From Candidatus Brocadiia bacterium (GTDB lineage Bacteria; Planctomycetota; Brocadiia; CAIUPP01): DNA of 64,000 nt. Position numbers and translations under genes: made by a program. The notes under the pieces were generated by a model. It did not search any database. It worked only from the letters and a program-made list of their open reading frames with translations, and was not told the DNA's origin. How positions within the stretch are numbered: position 1 is the first letter of the stretch; each line of letters opens with the position of its first letter. Of the stretch, positions 1 through 9,676 are shown one piece after another. Location: the NCBI GenBank assembly GCA_050015075.1, contig JBEKCB010000016.1, positions 1-64,000 of the forward strand, read 5' to 3'.

Positions 1-1739
1 TTGTCCTGCACCCCGATCGGTTCCACGCCGAGAACGTTTCCCCATATCCGGGCCAGCCGCTCTTCCACCGCGTTCCGCGGCGCCAGGCACACGCTGTCCA
101 ACGGCGGCCGCTCGGGCGGAGGCTCGGGAAGCGCCAGGCGGTCCACCTTTCCGTTGGGCGTCGTCGGCAATGAATCCAGGAACACGAACGCGGAAGGCAC
201 CGCCTGGGCGGGCAGCGATTTCATCAAGGCCGCGCGCAACCGCCCGACGGATGGGAAACGCTCTCCCTGGGCCGCGACGACATAGGCGACCAGCCGTTTG
301 TCGCCGCGTGCATCCTCGCGTGCGACGACGGCGGACTCCTTGACTTCCGGGATGTCCAGCAGGACCGCTTCAACCTCCATCAGTTCAATCTTGATGCCCC
401 TGACTTTGACCTGCATGTCCTTGCGTCCGAGATGTTCGAGGCATCCGTCCGGGGACAGACGCCCCAGGTCACCGGTCAGGTAGATTCGGACGTCTCCTCC
501 CGCCGGGTCCGGCAGGAAAGAAGCGCGAGTCAGTTCCGGCTTCTTCCAGTATCCGGGAGAAAGATACCGGCTCCTCACGGCGATTTCACCCGCCTCATTG
601 CAGCCGATCCGGTTCCTGTTCTCATCGAGTATCCATATCTCTTTGTCCTGCACGCCATATCCGGCGGGGACGATGCTTCCGGCGATCTCCGTCCGCTGAT
701 CAATAAGCAGCAACGTCGCCGCGCCCTGGGTCTCCGTCACGCTGAAACCGCACCGCACAAGGCAATGCTCGGAGAAGTGTTCCTTGCAAAGCTGGATATC
801 CCGCTTGCAGACCGTTTCGCCGCCGAAGAGGAGCAAGCGAAGCTTTGGGAATCTGCGGTCCTTGGGCAGGCAGGTTGCAAAGTTGCGAAACACGGTGGGA
901 ACCAGATGGGAAATCGTAATTTCCTGGCCGTCCAGCCATTCGGCCAGGTTTCCCAAACCTTCAGCCTTCAGGTCGAACGGCAACAGGCACGCACCGTTGA
1001 GGAGCGCTCCGAATGTGTCCGTCCCCGATGCCGCATAACATTGCGACGCCGTGAGGCAGATGCGATCCTCCGGGCAAATGTGATAGGCGTTGGTCTGATT
1101 CATGATGTCATGAAGCGTATTTCGATTGACACGGATCACCCCCTTGGGTTGGCCCGTTGAGCCGGAAGTGTAGTAGATCGCGTTCGGGGAACCGGGCGAT
1201 ATGGAAAGATCGAGATTGGCGTCGGAAATCCCCGCATCCATCTCGTCTAGGTTAGCGATCGCCACCTCCGCGCCCGCCAGTTCGCCGGCCAGGGCGCGGT
1301 TCCTGCTGTTGGTCACGATGACCGAAGACTGCGAATCCGCCAGGATGTATTGGATTCGCGCCCTGGGATACAATGGGTCCACCGGCACGCAGCATTTGCC
1401 GGCTTTCAGGACGCCCATCAGGCCGATGACCGCGCCCGCGCCGTGTTCGAAGAGCAGCGCAATCTGCTCTTCCCCTTCGCCGCGGAGCGCCAGGATCGCG
1501 CGCGCAACGCGATTGGCAGCCCGGTTCAACTCGTCATAGGTCAACGTGCAACTGCTGCTCTTGACCGCCATTCGCGCCCGGTGTTTTCCGACTTGCTTCT
1601 CGAAGCGCTGAGAGATGGACTGCTCGATCTCCTTCCTTTCAAACGGGACGAAGGGATTCACGGGGACGACCTCTCGTCGTTCGGGGAGACGCGCACCCTT
1701 GGCCGAGGATTCGGCGACAGCTTCGGGAACATTGCGCAT
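1..1739 (-). CDS. NRPS-like protein, copy 2: adenylation domain plus start of a carrier domain; runs off the window edge
   Basis: ATG at 1739 with AGGAG RBS. Colinear with 1764..4568 (net one-codon offset). Hand translation gives YYTSGSTGQPKG, CYAASGTDTF and GFSVTE. Absent from the ORF track because there is no stop in the window. Confidence 0.9.
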   Translation of the reverse strand, partial: MRNVPEAVAESSAKGARLPERREVVPVNPFVPFERKEIEQSISQRFEKQVGKHRARMAVKSSSCTLTYDELNRAANRVARAILALRGEGEEQIALLFEHGAGAVIGLMGVLKAGKCCVPVDPLYPRARIQYILADSQSSVIVTNSRNRALAGELAGAEVAIANLDEMDAGISDANLDLSISPGSPNAIYYTSGSTGQPKGVIRVNRNTLHDIMNQTNAYHICPEDRICLTASQCYAASGTDTFGALLNGACLLPFDLKAEGLGNLAEWLDGQEITISHLVPTVFRNFATCLPKDRRFPKLRLLLFGGETVCKRDIQLCKEHFSEHCLVRCGFSVTETQGAATLLLIDQRTEIAGSIVPAGYGVQDKEIWILDENRNRIGCNEAGEIAVRSRYLSPGYWKKPELTRASFLPDPAGGDVRIYLTGDLGRLSPDGCLEHLGRKDMQVKVRGIKIELMEVEAVLLDIPEVKESAVVAREDARGDKRLVAYVVAAQGERFPSVGRLRAALMKSLPAQAVPSAFVFLDSLPTTPNGKVDRLALPEPPPERPPLDSVCLAPRNAVEERLARIWGNVLGVEPIGVQD

Positions 1740-1763
1740 ACCGACTCCTGAATTAGTGCGTCC

Positions 1764-4568
1764 TCATGCTCTCGTGCCGCGCGAGTACCTTCGCGCTTCT
1801 TCGAGGTGGGCCTTGAAATATCTCGCGAGGATGCGCACGTTCGGCTCGCGCAGCATGTGCTCGTGCATCCCCGAGACCGTGTGCGCCTCTGCGCCGCCCG
1901 CGGCGAGTTCGCGCCAGGCCAACCTCGCTCCATATTTCGGAGCCTCAGTGGTCTCGCTCGCCAGGAAGAGGATCAGGCGGCCCGGGTAGGGCCTTGGCTT
2001 GTAGCGCCGGCTGGCGTTTCCGCTGGCATGCAACAGGGCCACGGTGTAGCGATTCAACTGCTGCAGGTACTTGTTCTGTCGTCTCTCGAATTCCGCGCGT
2101 CCGGTGAGACGGGAGGCGGCCTGAATGCGCGCGGCCCGCCTCGCGGCCAACTGCCGGATATATGCCATCTGGCCGTCAAGCGAGAGCTGCGAAAGGTTGC
2201 GCGCATGTTTTGCGCTCCGCCGAAGCTGGTGCGCGATGAATTCGCCGGCGGGGCGGAAAAGCTCGCGGTTCGACCACTCCCGCATTGCGTCAAGGGCGCG
2301 GGAGGCGTCGTAGCCGAACCGGCGCGGTCTTGTGCTGAAGGTATCCAACAGAGCCAGGAAGGCAACCTCGTCGCCCTGCCCCTTGAGTTGTTGCGCCATC
2401 TCGAAGGCCACCGCCCCGCCTGCGCACAATCCGCACAGGAAATACGGCCCCTCGGGCTGGACCTTTCGCACCTCTTCGAGATAGAGGGACGCCAACTGCT
2501 CGATACTGACGCGCGGCTTCCGCGCAGGGGCCAGGCCGAACAGGTGCAGCCCGTAGCAGGGTTGTTCCGGTCCCAGGCGGCGAGCCAGTTGCAGGAAGAT
2601 GCGCGCGTTGATCGTGTGTACGCAGAAAAGCGGGAGTTGTGAACCCTTCGGCTGAATCTCCATCAGGAAGGCCCCGGGCTGGTCCCAGTTACCCTGTTCA
2701 AGAGCCGGGGCGAGTTGCTCGATCGTGGGCGCTTGCAGCAGCAGTGGGAGCGGCAGGCTTTTTCCGAAAACTTCTTCAATCCGCGCGAATAGCCGCGCCG
2801 CCGAAAGGGAATGCCCGCCCAGTTCGAAGAAGTCGTCCTGCACCCCGATCGGTTGTACGCCGAGAATGTCTTCCCACAGCCGGGTCAGCCGCTCTTCCAC
2901 TGGGTTCCGGGGCGCCGTGCACTCACCGTCCAACAGGGGCCGCGCGGCCGGAGGCTCGGGAAGCGCCAGGCGATCCACCTTTCCGCTGGGCGTCGTCGGC
3001 AACGAATCCAGGAACACGAACGTGGACGGCGCCATGTGGGCCGGCAGCGATTTCAGCAAAGCCGCGCGCAATCTCCCGACAGGCGGCGGAGTCTCTTGTC
3101 GGGCCACCACATAGGCGACCAGTCGTTTGTCGCCATGTGCGTCCTCGCGCGCGACGACAGCGGTCTCCTGGACCTCCGGAATGTCCAGCAGCGCCGCTTC
3201 AATCTCCACCAGTTCAATTCTGAGACCTCTGACTTTCACCTGCAAGTCTTTGCGTCCGAGGTGTTCGAGGCGTCCGTCCGGGGCCAGGCGCCCCAGATCG
3301 CCGGTCAGGTAGATCCGGGCGTCTCCTCCTTCCGGATCCGGCAGGAAAACAGCTTCGGTGAGTTCCGGCTTCCTCCAGTATCCGGGAGAAAGATATCGGC
3401 TCCTCACGGCGATTTCGCCCACCTCGTTGCAGCCGACCCGGTTCCTGTTCTCATCGAGGATCCATATCTCGTCGTCGGACATGGCATAGCCGGCGGGGGC
3501 GATGTTGCCGGCGATCTCCGTCCGCTGATCAATGAGCATCAACGCCGGCCACCCGTTGGCCTCCGTGACGCCGTAACCGAAGCGCAACAGGCAACGCTCG
3601 GAAAAATGTTCCTTGTAAAGCTGGATATCCCGCTTGTAGATCGTCTCGCTGCCCAGCAGGATCAAGCGGACCTTGGGGAATCTCCGGCCTTTGGGCAGGC
3701 AGGCGATGAAGTTGCGAAACAGGGTGGGAACCGGATCGAAGATCGTAATCTCCTGGCCGGCCAGCCATTCGGCCAGATTTTTCAAGCCATCGGCGTTCAC
3801 GTCGTACGGCATCAGGCACCCGCCATTGAGAAGCGCCGCGAAGGTGTCGGTCGCCGACGCCGCAAAACATTGCGACGACGTAAGGCAGATGCGGTCTTCC
3901 GCGCAAGTGTGATAGGCGTTGGTCTGATTCATCGCGTGATGAAGCGCATTTCGGTGGGCGTAGATCACTCCTTTCGGCTGCCCCGTCGTGCCCGAAGTGT
4001 AATAGATCGCATACCGGGAACCGGGTGATATGCGAAGCTTGAGATCGGCTTCGGACACTCCCGCGTCCACCTCGTCTATGTTCATGATCGTCGTCCCGGC
4101 GCCCGCCAGTTCGCCGGCCAGCGCTCGGTTCCTGCTGTTGGTCACGATGACCGAAGGCTGCGAATCCTCCAGAACATATTGGATTCGCGCTCTTGGGTAC
4201 GATGGGTCCACCGTCACGTAGCATTTGCCGGCCTTCAGGACGCTCATCATGCCGATCACCGTAGCCGCGCCGTGTTCGAAGAGCAGGGCAATCTGCTCCT
4301 CCCGTTCGCCGCGGAGCGCCAGGATCGCGCGCGCAAGGCGGTTCGCCGCCCGGTTCAACTCGTCGTACGTCAACTGACAGTCTTTGCTCTTGACCGCCAT
4401 TCGCTCCGGGTATTTGCTGACTTGTTTCTCGAAGCGTTCGGAGATGGACTGCTCGATCTCCGTTCTTTCAAACCGGACGAAGGGATTCGCGGGCACGACC
4501 TTTCGCCGTTCGGGCAGCAGCGCGCCCTCTGTTGGGGATTCGGCCACAACTTCGGCAAGGTTGCGCAT
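1764..4568 (-). CDS. Standalone NRPS-like A-PCP-TE protein
   Basis: A-domain motifs YYTSGTTGQPKG, YLTGDL, GRKDLQVKVRG and PSGKVDR; PCP motif FFELGGHSL; TE elbow GLCAGG and C-terminal His; no condensation domain. Confidence 0.93.
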   Translation of the reverse strand: MRNLAEVVAESPTEGALLPERRKVVPANPFVRFERTEIEQSISERFEKQVSKYPERMAVKSKDCQLTYDELNRAANRLARAILALRGEREEQIALLFEHGAATVIGMMSVLKAGKCYVTVDPSYPRARIQYVLEDSQPSVIVTNSRNRALAGELAGAGTTIMNIDEVDAGVSEADLKLRISPGSRYAIYYTSGTTGQPKGVIYAHRNALHHAMNQTNAYHTCAEDRICLTSSQCFAASATDTFAALLNGGCLMPYDVNADGLKNLAEWLAGQEITIFDPVPTLFRNFIACLPKGRRFPKVRLILLGSETIYKRDIQLYKEHFSERCLLRFGYGVTEANGWPALMLIDQRTEIAGNIAPAGYAMSDDEIWILDENRNRVGCNEVGEIAVRSRYLSPGYWRKPELTEAVFLPDPEGGDARIYLTGDLGRLAPDGRLEHLGRKDLQVKVRGLRIELVEIEAALLDIPEVQETAVVAREDAHGDKRLVAYVVARQETPPPVGRLRAALLKSLPAHMAPSTFVFLDSLPTTPSGKVDRLALPEPPAARPLLDGECTAPRNPVEERLTRLWEDILGVQPIGVQDDFFELGGHSLSAARLFARIEEVFGKSLPLPLLLQAPTIEQLAPALEQGNWDQPGAFLMEIQPKGSQLPLFCVHTINARIFLQLARRLGPEQPCYGLHLFGLAPARKPRVSIEQLASLYLEEVRKVQPEGPYFLCGLCAGGAVAFEMAQQLKGQGDEVAFLALLDTFSTRPRRFGYDASRALDAMREWSNRELFRPAGEFIAHQLRRSAKHARNLSQLSLDGQMAYIRQLAARRAARIQAASRLTGRAEFERRQNKYLQQLNRYTVALLHASGNASRRYKPRPYPGRLILFLASETTEAPKYGARLAWRELAAGGAEAHTVSGMHEHMLREPNVRILARYFKAHLEEARRYSRGTRA

Positions 4569-4634
4569 ACCGACTCCTGATTGGCGCGTCCTGATGCCTC
4601 TCGCCCCACACGACGGTCAGACATCAAACATCAT

Positions 4635-4663
4635 ATTCTGGCGAGAGCGGGCGCCCCCGTCAA
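4635..4663 (-). promoter_or_regulatory. Candidate sigma70 promoter for the NRPS-like pair
   Basis: TTGACG-N17-CAGAAT on the minus strand, about 65 nt upstream of ATG 4568. Confidence 0.4.
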
Positions 4664-4706
4664 GAACTTTTCCGCCTAGGCACGCACCCGGTCGCGCGGT
4701 TCGCCG

Positions 4707-4735
4707 TGTAACCGCCCTGCTACGCCGGGCCACTA
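4707..4735 (+). promoter_or_regulatory. Candidate ECF-sigma promoter
   Basis: TGTAACC-N17-CACTA upstream of the Spy-like/ECF genes; the AAC-containing -35 is ECF-like. Confidence 0.3.
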
Positions 4736-4804
4736 TCAAAGGGACAGCGATGGTGTGCATCGGCCTGCCAGGCATGAGAAATCAACCTTTCGGAGGGTGT
4801 GGTG

Positions 4805-5323
4805 ATGAACAGGGAATCAATTGTCGGGTGCGCGGTCGCGGCGCTGATGTTTGCCGGGACGTTCGTGGGGACCGCGGCGTGGGCCGCTGACCAAGCACCG
4901 CCCGCGCCGGCCGGCCAGACGGCGGAACCGGCGCAACATCCGCTGCGCCGGCTGTTCTTCGGCAACCTCCGCCAGCTCGGCGAGACGTTCAAGGGGCTGA
5001 ACCTGACGCCGGACCAGAAGGCGCAGATCGGCGCGATCCTCAAGTCGCACAAAGCGGAGATCGTCGGCGCGCTGCAAGCGCTGCACGCCAAGCATGAAGC
5101 GCTGCTCGATGCGGTCCGCGCCGGCGCCGTCAACGAGGCGGCCATCCGCGCGGCGGCCCGGGAGATGGGCGACGCCATCGCCGACGCCTCCATTCTGCGG
5201 GCGAAGATCCGGCTGGAAATCCGCGCCGTCCTCACGCCGGACCAGTGCAGGCAGGTGGACCAGGCGCTCGACCAGGTCAGCCGGTCGGTCACCGATGCGC
5301 TCGACGGCCTGGCGAACCCATGA
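4805..5323 (+). CDS. Spy/CpxP-family periplasmic protein
   Basis: Signal peptide ending AWA; LNLTPDQK and VLTPDQ (LTxxQ) motifs; GGAGG RBS. Confidence 0.85.
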   Translation: MNRESIVGCAVAALMFAGTFVGTAAWAADQAPPAPAGQTAEPAQHPLRRLFFGNLRQLGETFKGLNLTPDQKAQIGAILKSHKAEIVGALQALHAKHEALLDAVRAGAVNEAAIRAAAREMGDAIADASILRAKIRLEIRAVLTPDQCRQVDQALDQVSRSVTDALDGLANP

Positions 5324-5451
5324 TGATCGCCGCCGGGACCTGCGCACCGGAGCCGCGGGCGGGAAGCCGTTCCATTGGAGCGGCTTTCCGCCTATACTAT
5401 TGGGCGGCGGGCGCACAGAGTCGCACGGCGTGGAACCGGGAGGCGCGGACA

Positions 5452-6054
5452 TTGAGAGCGCGGGAAACCGACCCGACGGACCTCGCGCCCGCCGCCGTCC
5501 TGCAATTCCCGGACATGGAAGAAGTCGAGCGGGCGCGGTCGGGCGACGGCGACGCCTACGCGCGCCTGATCGAACGGTACCGCGGGCCGATCGCGCAGCA
5601 GATGTGGCGTTTCACACGCGACCCGGACCGGCACGCGGAACTCGTGCAGGACGTCTTCGTGAACGCGTACACCAGTCTGCGGAGCTATCGCGGCGCCGCG
5701 CCGTTTCTGCACTGGCTGCGGAAAATCGCGGTCCGCACCGGCTACGCGTACTGGCGGCAGTCGAAACGCGCGCGCCGGGAGCGATCCCTCGACGAGCAGG
5801 CGGCGCGCCTGCCGGCCGACGGCCCCGCCGGCCACGACGCGCGGGAGGCCGGCGAACTGGTGCACCTGGTCCTGGCCGAACTGTCGCCGCGCGACCGGCT
5901 GGTGCTGACGCTGATGTATCTGGAGGAGCGTTCCGTCGCGGAGATCGCCGAGCTCAGCGGATGGAGCGTCGCGATGGTGAAAGTCCAGTTGTGGCGCGCG
6001 CGGGCCCGGCTGAAGAAGGCGCTGCTCGCGCGCAGAGACTTGTGGGAAGGATGA
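5452..6054 (+). CDS. ECF RNA polymerase sigma factor
   Basis: Region 2 (ELVQDVFVNAY...FLHWLRKIA) and region 4 (LSPRDRLVL...SVAEIAE...VKVQLWRAR). Probable TTG start after GGGAGG; alternative ATG at 5515. Confidence 0.92.
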   Translation: MRARETDPTDLAPAAVLQFPDMEEVERARSGDGDAYARLIERYRGPIAQQMWRFTRDPDRHAELVQDVFVNAYTSLRSYRGAAPFLHWLRKIAVRTGYAYWRQSKRARRERSLDEQAARLPADGPAGHDAREAGELVHLVLAELSPRDRLVLTLMYLEERSVAEIAELSGWSVAMVKVQLWRARARLKKALLARRDLWEG

Positions 6055-6066
6055 AGGAGGCCCGGC

Positions 6067-6336
6067 ATGGATGAACTGAAACAATTCGAGCGCTGGGCGG
6101 TCCGCGCCCGGGAAGAACGATCACCGGAACCGGATGTGACGCCGGCCGTGCTGGCGCGACTCCGGCACACGGACGCCGAGGCGCCGACCGGGCCGGGCGC
6201 CTGGATATGGGCGGCTTCCGCCCTCGCCGGCTGCGCGGCCGTCCTCGCCGCCGTCGTCGGATACGCCGCATGGGCCGAACTGGCCGCGCCGTGGACGAGC
6301 TGGTTTTCGGACCTTTCGAACTGGGGAGCGCTATGA
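6067..6336 (+). CDS. Small single-pass membrane protein, probable anti-sigma factor
   Basis: Directly follows the ECF gene; AAGGAGG RBS; one hydrophobic helix. Confidence 0.65.
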   Translation: MDELKQFERWAVRAREERSPEPDVTPAVLARLRHTDAEAPTGPGAWIWAASALAGCAAVLAAVVGYAAWAELAAPWTSWFSDLSNWGAL

Positions 6337-6836
6337 GCGAATCAGAAATCGTTCAACCGGCCGCATCCGCAGTGCCGCCGCCGCGCCGCAAGCGCCAGTG
6401 GCTGACCGCGCTGCTGCTCGTCGCCGTATTCCTGTGCGGCATCGTCTGCGGCGCGGGCGCAACCGCCATCGCCGCCGTCCGCATCGTGCGCCATGCGATC
6501 CTGCACCCGGAAGGCCATCCCGAGCGCGGCGCGCGGTGGCTGAAGAGCCGCCTCAATCTGACCGATGACCAATTCGAGCAGGTCCGGAAGATCCTCACCG
6601 AGCAGAACGCAGACTTCGCCCTCATCCGCAGCGAAGTCCGCCCGCGCATCCTCGAGCGGCTGAAGAAAACGAACGAGGAGGTCGCGAAAATCCTCACCCC
6701 CGAGCAGGAGGCAAAATGGCGCACCCTGGTCCGCCGCCTCCGCGAACGCTGGCTGCTGAACCTGCCCGAATCTCCGGAGCCGAAAGCGCCCGCGAAGGAA
6801 CCGGCTGAATCGCAAGGCAAGGGGACCCGCCGATGA
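6333..6836 (+). CDS. Membrane-anchored LTxxQ (CpxP/heavy-metal-sensor-like) protein
   Basis: ATGA overlap with the anti-sigma gene; N-terminal TM helix; LNLTDDQ and ILTPEQ motifs. Confidence 0.75.
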   Translation: MSESEIVQPAASAVPPPRRKRQWLTALLLVAVFLCGIVCGAGATAIAAVRIVRHAILHPEGHPERGARWLKSRLNLTDDQFEQVRKILTEQNADFALIRSEVRPRILERLKKTNEEVAKILTPEQEAKWRTLVRRLRERWLLNLPESPEPKAPAKEPAESQGKGTRR

Positions 6837-7777
6837 AGACCGGAGTGTCGTACATGGGTTGCCACAGCCCAAGGCATCTCGCAACCGATATTCAGGACAT
6901 GGCAAAGCTCGGGATTGACGACGTGCTCCTGGCCATCCAGGAGAATGACTTCGCATACTTCACCGGGAAAATGTGTTTTACACCCCGGATCGCGAAAGAC
7001 CACGGACTGCGGCCGCTGGCGGTTTTCTGGGGCGCGCTGAATCTGTTCGGCGGAGGACGGTCGAGCCAGTTCCTTCTGGACCATCCCGAGGGATTCCAGG
7101 TGACGCTCGATGGCGCTCACCTGCCGCAGGGATGCTACGTCAATCCCGCGTGCGTGGGCAGGGTCAAGGAAATGATTGACGCGGTTGCGGACAGCGGGTT
7201 CGAGGGGTACTTCGTGGACGAACCCACTCCGCTGCGGAACTGTTTCTGCAAGTCCTGCCGGCGGCGCTTCGAAGACTGGTACGGCGCCGACCTCGCGCGC
7301 GCTCCGCGAGACCGCCAGGAGGAGTTCCGCCGGCGCTGCTGCATCGAATACGTACGCACAATCTGCGATTACTGCAAGACCGCTCATCCCAGCCTGGAGA
7401 CGCTCTGCTGCGTCATGCCGTGCGATGAAGCGCTGTGGGAGACGATGGCGGCCCTGCCGGGCCTGGACAGCCTGGGGACGGACATCTATTGGACCAACAA
7501 TGACCGGAACGTGGAGGAGATGGTTCCATTGGTGCGGAGAATGGCAGCGACCTGCCGCACGCATCGAAGGCGGCATCATGAGTGGTTGCAGTGCTGGGAC
7601 GTCAGACGAGGATGCGAGGAGCGCGTGCTTCAGCAAGGCAAGGTCCTCATCCATGAGAAACCTGACGCGCTCTACATCTGGGCGTGGGAAGGGCAGACCG
7701 GCGTCACGGAGACTTGCGACGACCCTGTCCGCGCCTGGGCGAAGGCCTGTGAAGTCCTGGCGCTGGCGAAGCGATGA
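6833..7777 (+). CDS. Glycoside-hydrolase-like TIM-barrel protein
   Basis: ATGA-coupled; GYFVDEP followed by CFCKSC (GH42-like Zn motif); exact family uncertain. Confidence 0.6.
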   Translation: MKTGVSYMGCHSPRHLATDIQDMAKLGIDDVLLAIQENDFAYFTGKMCFTPRIAKDHGLRPLAVFWGALNLFGGGRSSQFLLDHPEGFQVTLDGAHLPQGCYVNPACVGRVKEMIDAVADSGFEGYFVDEPTPLRNCFCKSCRRRFEDWYGADLARAPRDRQEEFRRRCCIEYVRTICDYCKTAHPSLETLCCVMPCDEALWETMAALPGLDSLGTDIYWTNNDRNVEEMVPLVRRMAATCRTHRRRHHEWLQCWDVRRGCEERVLQQGKVLIHEKPDALYIWAWEGQTGVTETCDDPVRAWAKACEVLALAKR

Positions 7778-7844
7778 TGGACGCGCTGCCGCGACTGGCA
7801 GGCTTGTTTGACCCCGACGGCCGGTTCTGTCATAGATATGCGGC

Positions 7845-8597
7845 ATGGAACTGACCGTCAGCCAGATCATTCAGGGCGCGGCCGCCGCCTTCCTGACCGG
7901 CTTTTCGAAGACCGGAATGGTCGGGCTCGGCGTGCTGATCGTGCCGCTCATGGCGGGCGTCTTCCCGGCCAAAGCCTCCACCGGCGCGCTGCTGCCGATG
8001 CTCATCTTCGGCGACCTCTTCGCAGTGGCCTGGTACCGGCAGCACGCGCAATGGCGCGTCCTGGCGAGAATCCTCCCCTGGGTCCTGCCCGGGCTGGTGC
8101 TGGGGACGATCACGCTGAAATACACGTCCAGCGACGCCCTCGGGCACGTGATGGGCTGGCTGATCCTGGCGCTGATTGTCTTTCAACTCGTGCGCGAGCG
8201 CGGCGGCGAGTGGCTCGAGGAGCGCCTGCCGCATGTCTGGTGGTTCTCCGCCCTCATGGGCACGCTTGCGGGATTCACGACGATGGTCGGCAACCTCGGC
8301 GGGCCGATCGCGACGGTGTACCTCCTGAGCATGGGCCTGGAGAAGCGCGAATTCATGGGGACCGGCGCGTGGTACTACCTGATCGGCAACGTCGCGAAAG
8401 TGCCGTTCAGCGCCGGGCTCGGCCTCATCACGGCGCGGTCGCTCGTGTTCGACCTCGAGACCGCGCCCATCATCCTCATCGGCGCGGTGATCGGGCTTTT
8501 GACCTTCCGCCTGATTCCGCAGAAGTGGTTCAACCGCGCCGTGCTGCTCCTCGCTGCGCTGGCCGCGCTCAAGCTGCTGCTCACCCCGCACGGCTGA
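7845..8597 (+). CDS. TauE/SafE (TSUP) family membrane transporter
   Basis: 250 aa, about 8 TM helices, GFSKTG and GFTTMVGNLGGP repeats. Confidence 0.85.
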   Translation: MELTVSQIIQGAAAAFLTGFSKTGMVGLGVLIVPLMAGVFPAKASTGALLPMLIFGDLFAVAWYRQHAQWRVLARILPWVLPGLVLGTITLKYTSSDALGHVMGWLILALIVFQLVRERGGEWLEERLPHVWWFSALMGTLAGFTTMVGNLGGPIATVYLLSMGLEKREFMGTGAWYYLIGNVAKVPFSAGLGLITARSLVFDLETAPIILIGAVIGLLTFRLIPQKWFNRAVLLLAALAALKLLLTPHG

Positions 8598-8660
8598 GGC
8601 CTTTGCGGCGGCGCATGGATTTTCGTGCTATAGTATTCCCGGACTGGAAGGAGCCTGCAC

Positions 8661-9539
8661 GTGAAAGTGACCGACATCCACACGCACGTCGTCCTGCGAC
8701 GCGGTTTCCTGGACAGCAAGGGCGAGACGGCCGCGACGGCGGCCGAGCTGGTGCAGATCCAGGACCGCTGCGGCATTGACCGCATGGTCGCGCTGCCGCT
8801 CGCATCGCCGGAGGCGCTCCATTTCCAGCAATCCAACGAGGAAGTGTTCGAGGCGTGCGACCAGTTCCCCGGCCGGTTCATCAAGTTCTGCAGCGTGGAC
8901 CCGCGGCTCCAGTACAACAGCCCGGAGACCGACTTCACGCCCATCCTCGAGTATTACAAGAGCTGCGGCGCGCGAGGGCTGGGCGAGCTGGTGGCGAACC
9001 TCTGGTGGGACGATCCGCGCGTGCATCAGCTCCTGTCGGCGTGCGAGCGGGTCGGTTTCCCGGTGATCTTCCACGTGGGGGCGCGGGAGTTCCGCACGTA
9101 CGGCCTGATCAGCGAACCGGGCCTGGGCGGCCTCGAACACGCGCTGAAGAAATTCCCGAAGCTCCAGCTCGTCGGCCACTCCCAGGCGTTCTGGTCCGAA
9201 GTCGGGCCGGTGAGCGAGCAGGAGCGCAGCGGCTATCCGCCGGGAAAAGTCCTGCCCGGCGGCGCCGTGCCGCGGCTGCTGCGCGAGTATCCGAACCTCT
9301 GGGGCGATCTCTCCGCCGGCAGCGGCTTCAACGCCGTCAGCCGCGATCCCGAGTGGGGCTGCCGGTTCCTGGAGGAATTCCAGGACCGCCTCTGCTTCGG
9401 CCTCGACATCTGCAGGCCGAGCGACAAGACGCCGCTGGTGGACTTCATGCGCGATGCCGGCGCCACCGGCAAGATCTCCCGTCCCGCGCACGAGAAGATC
9501 ATGGGCGGAAACGCCGCGCGGCTGCTGAACCTGGATTAG
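8661..9539 (+). CDS. Amidohydrolase_2 family metal-dependent hydrolase
   Basis: DIHTH, GLGEL, VIFH, VGH, WGDLSA and LCFGLD motifs. Confidence 0.88.
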   Translation: MKVTDIHTHVVLRRGFLDSKGETAATAAELVQIQDRCGIDRMVALPLASPEALHFQQSNEEVFEACDQFPGRFIKFCSVDPRLQYNSPETDFTPILEYYKSCGARGLGELVANLWWDDPRVHQLLSACERVGFPVIFHVGAREFRTYGLISEPGLGGLEHALKKFPKLQLVGHSQAFWSEVGPVSEQERSGYPPGKVLPGGAVPRLLREYPNLWGDLSAGSGFNAVSRDPEWGCRFLEEFQDRLCFGLDICRPSDKTPLVDFMRDAGATGKISRPAHEKIMGGNAARLLNLD

Positions 9540-9599
9540 GACGGCGGCATAAGTCATATTTCACCGCGAAGAGCACAAAGGCCGTCGTCCCTCGTCTCT

Positions 9600-9629
9600 T
9601 TGACAGCCCCGCCGAACGGTTGATATAAT
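9600..9629 (+). promoter_or_regulatory. sigma70 promoter of ribH-nusB-PHP-ftsY
   Basis: TTGACA-N18-TATAAT with extended TG, 47 nt before ribH. Confidence 0.8.
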
Positions 9630-9676
9630 CGTGGACCATTGAGAAACCATTCGAGCCCTTCAAGAAGGCATGAACC

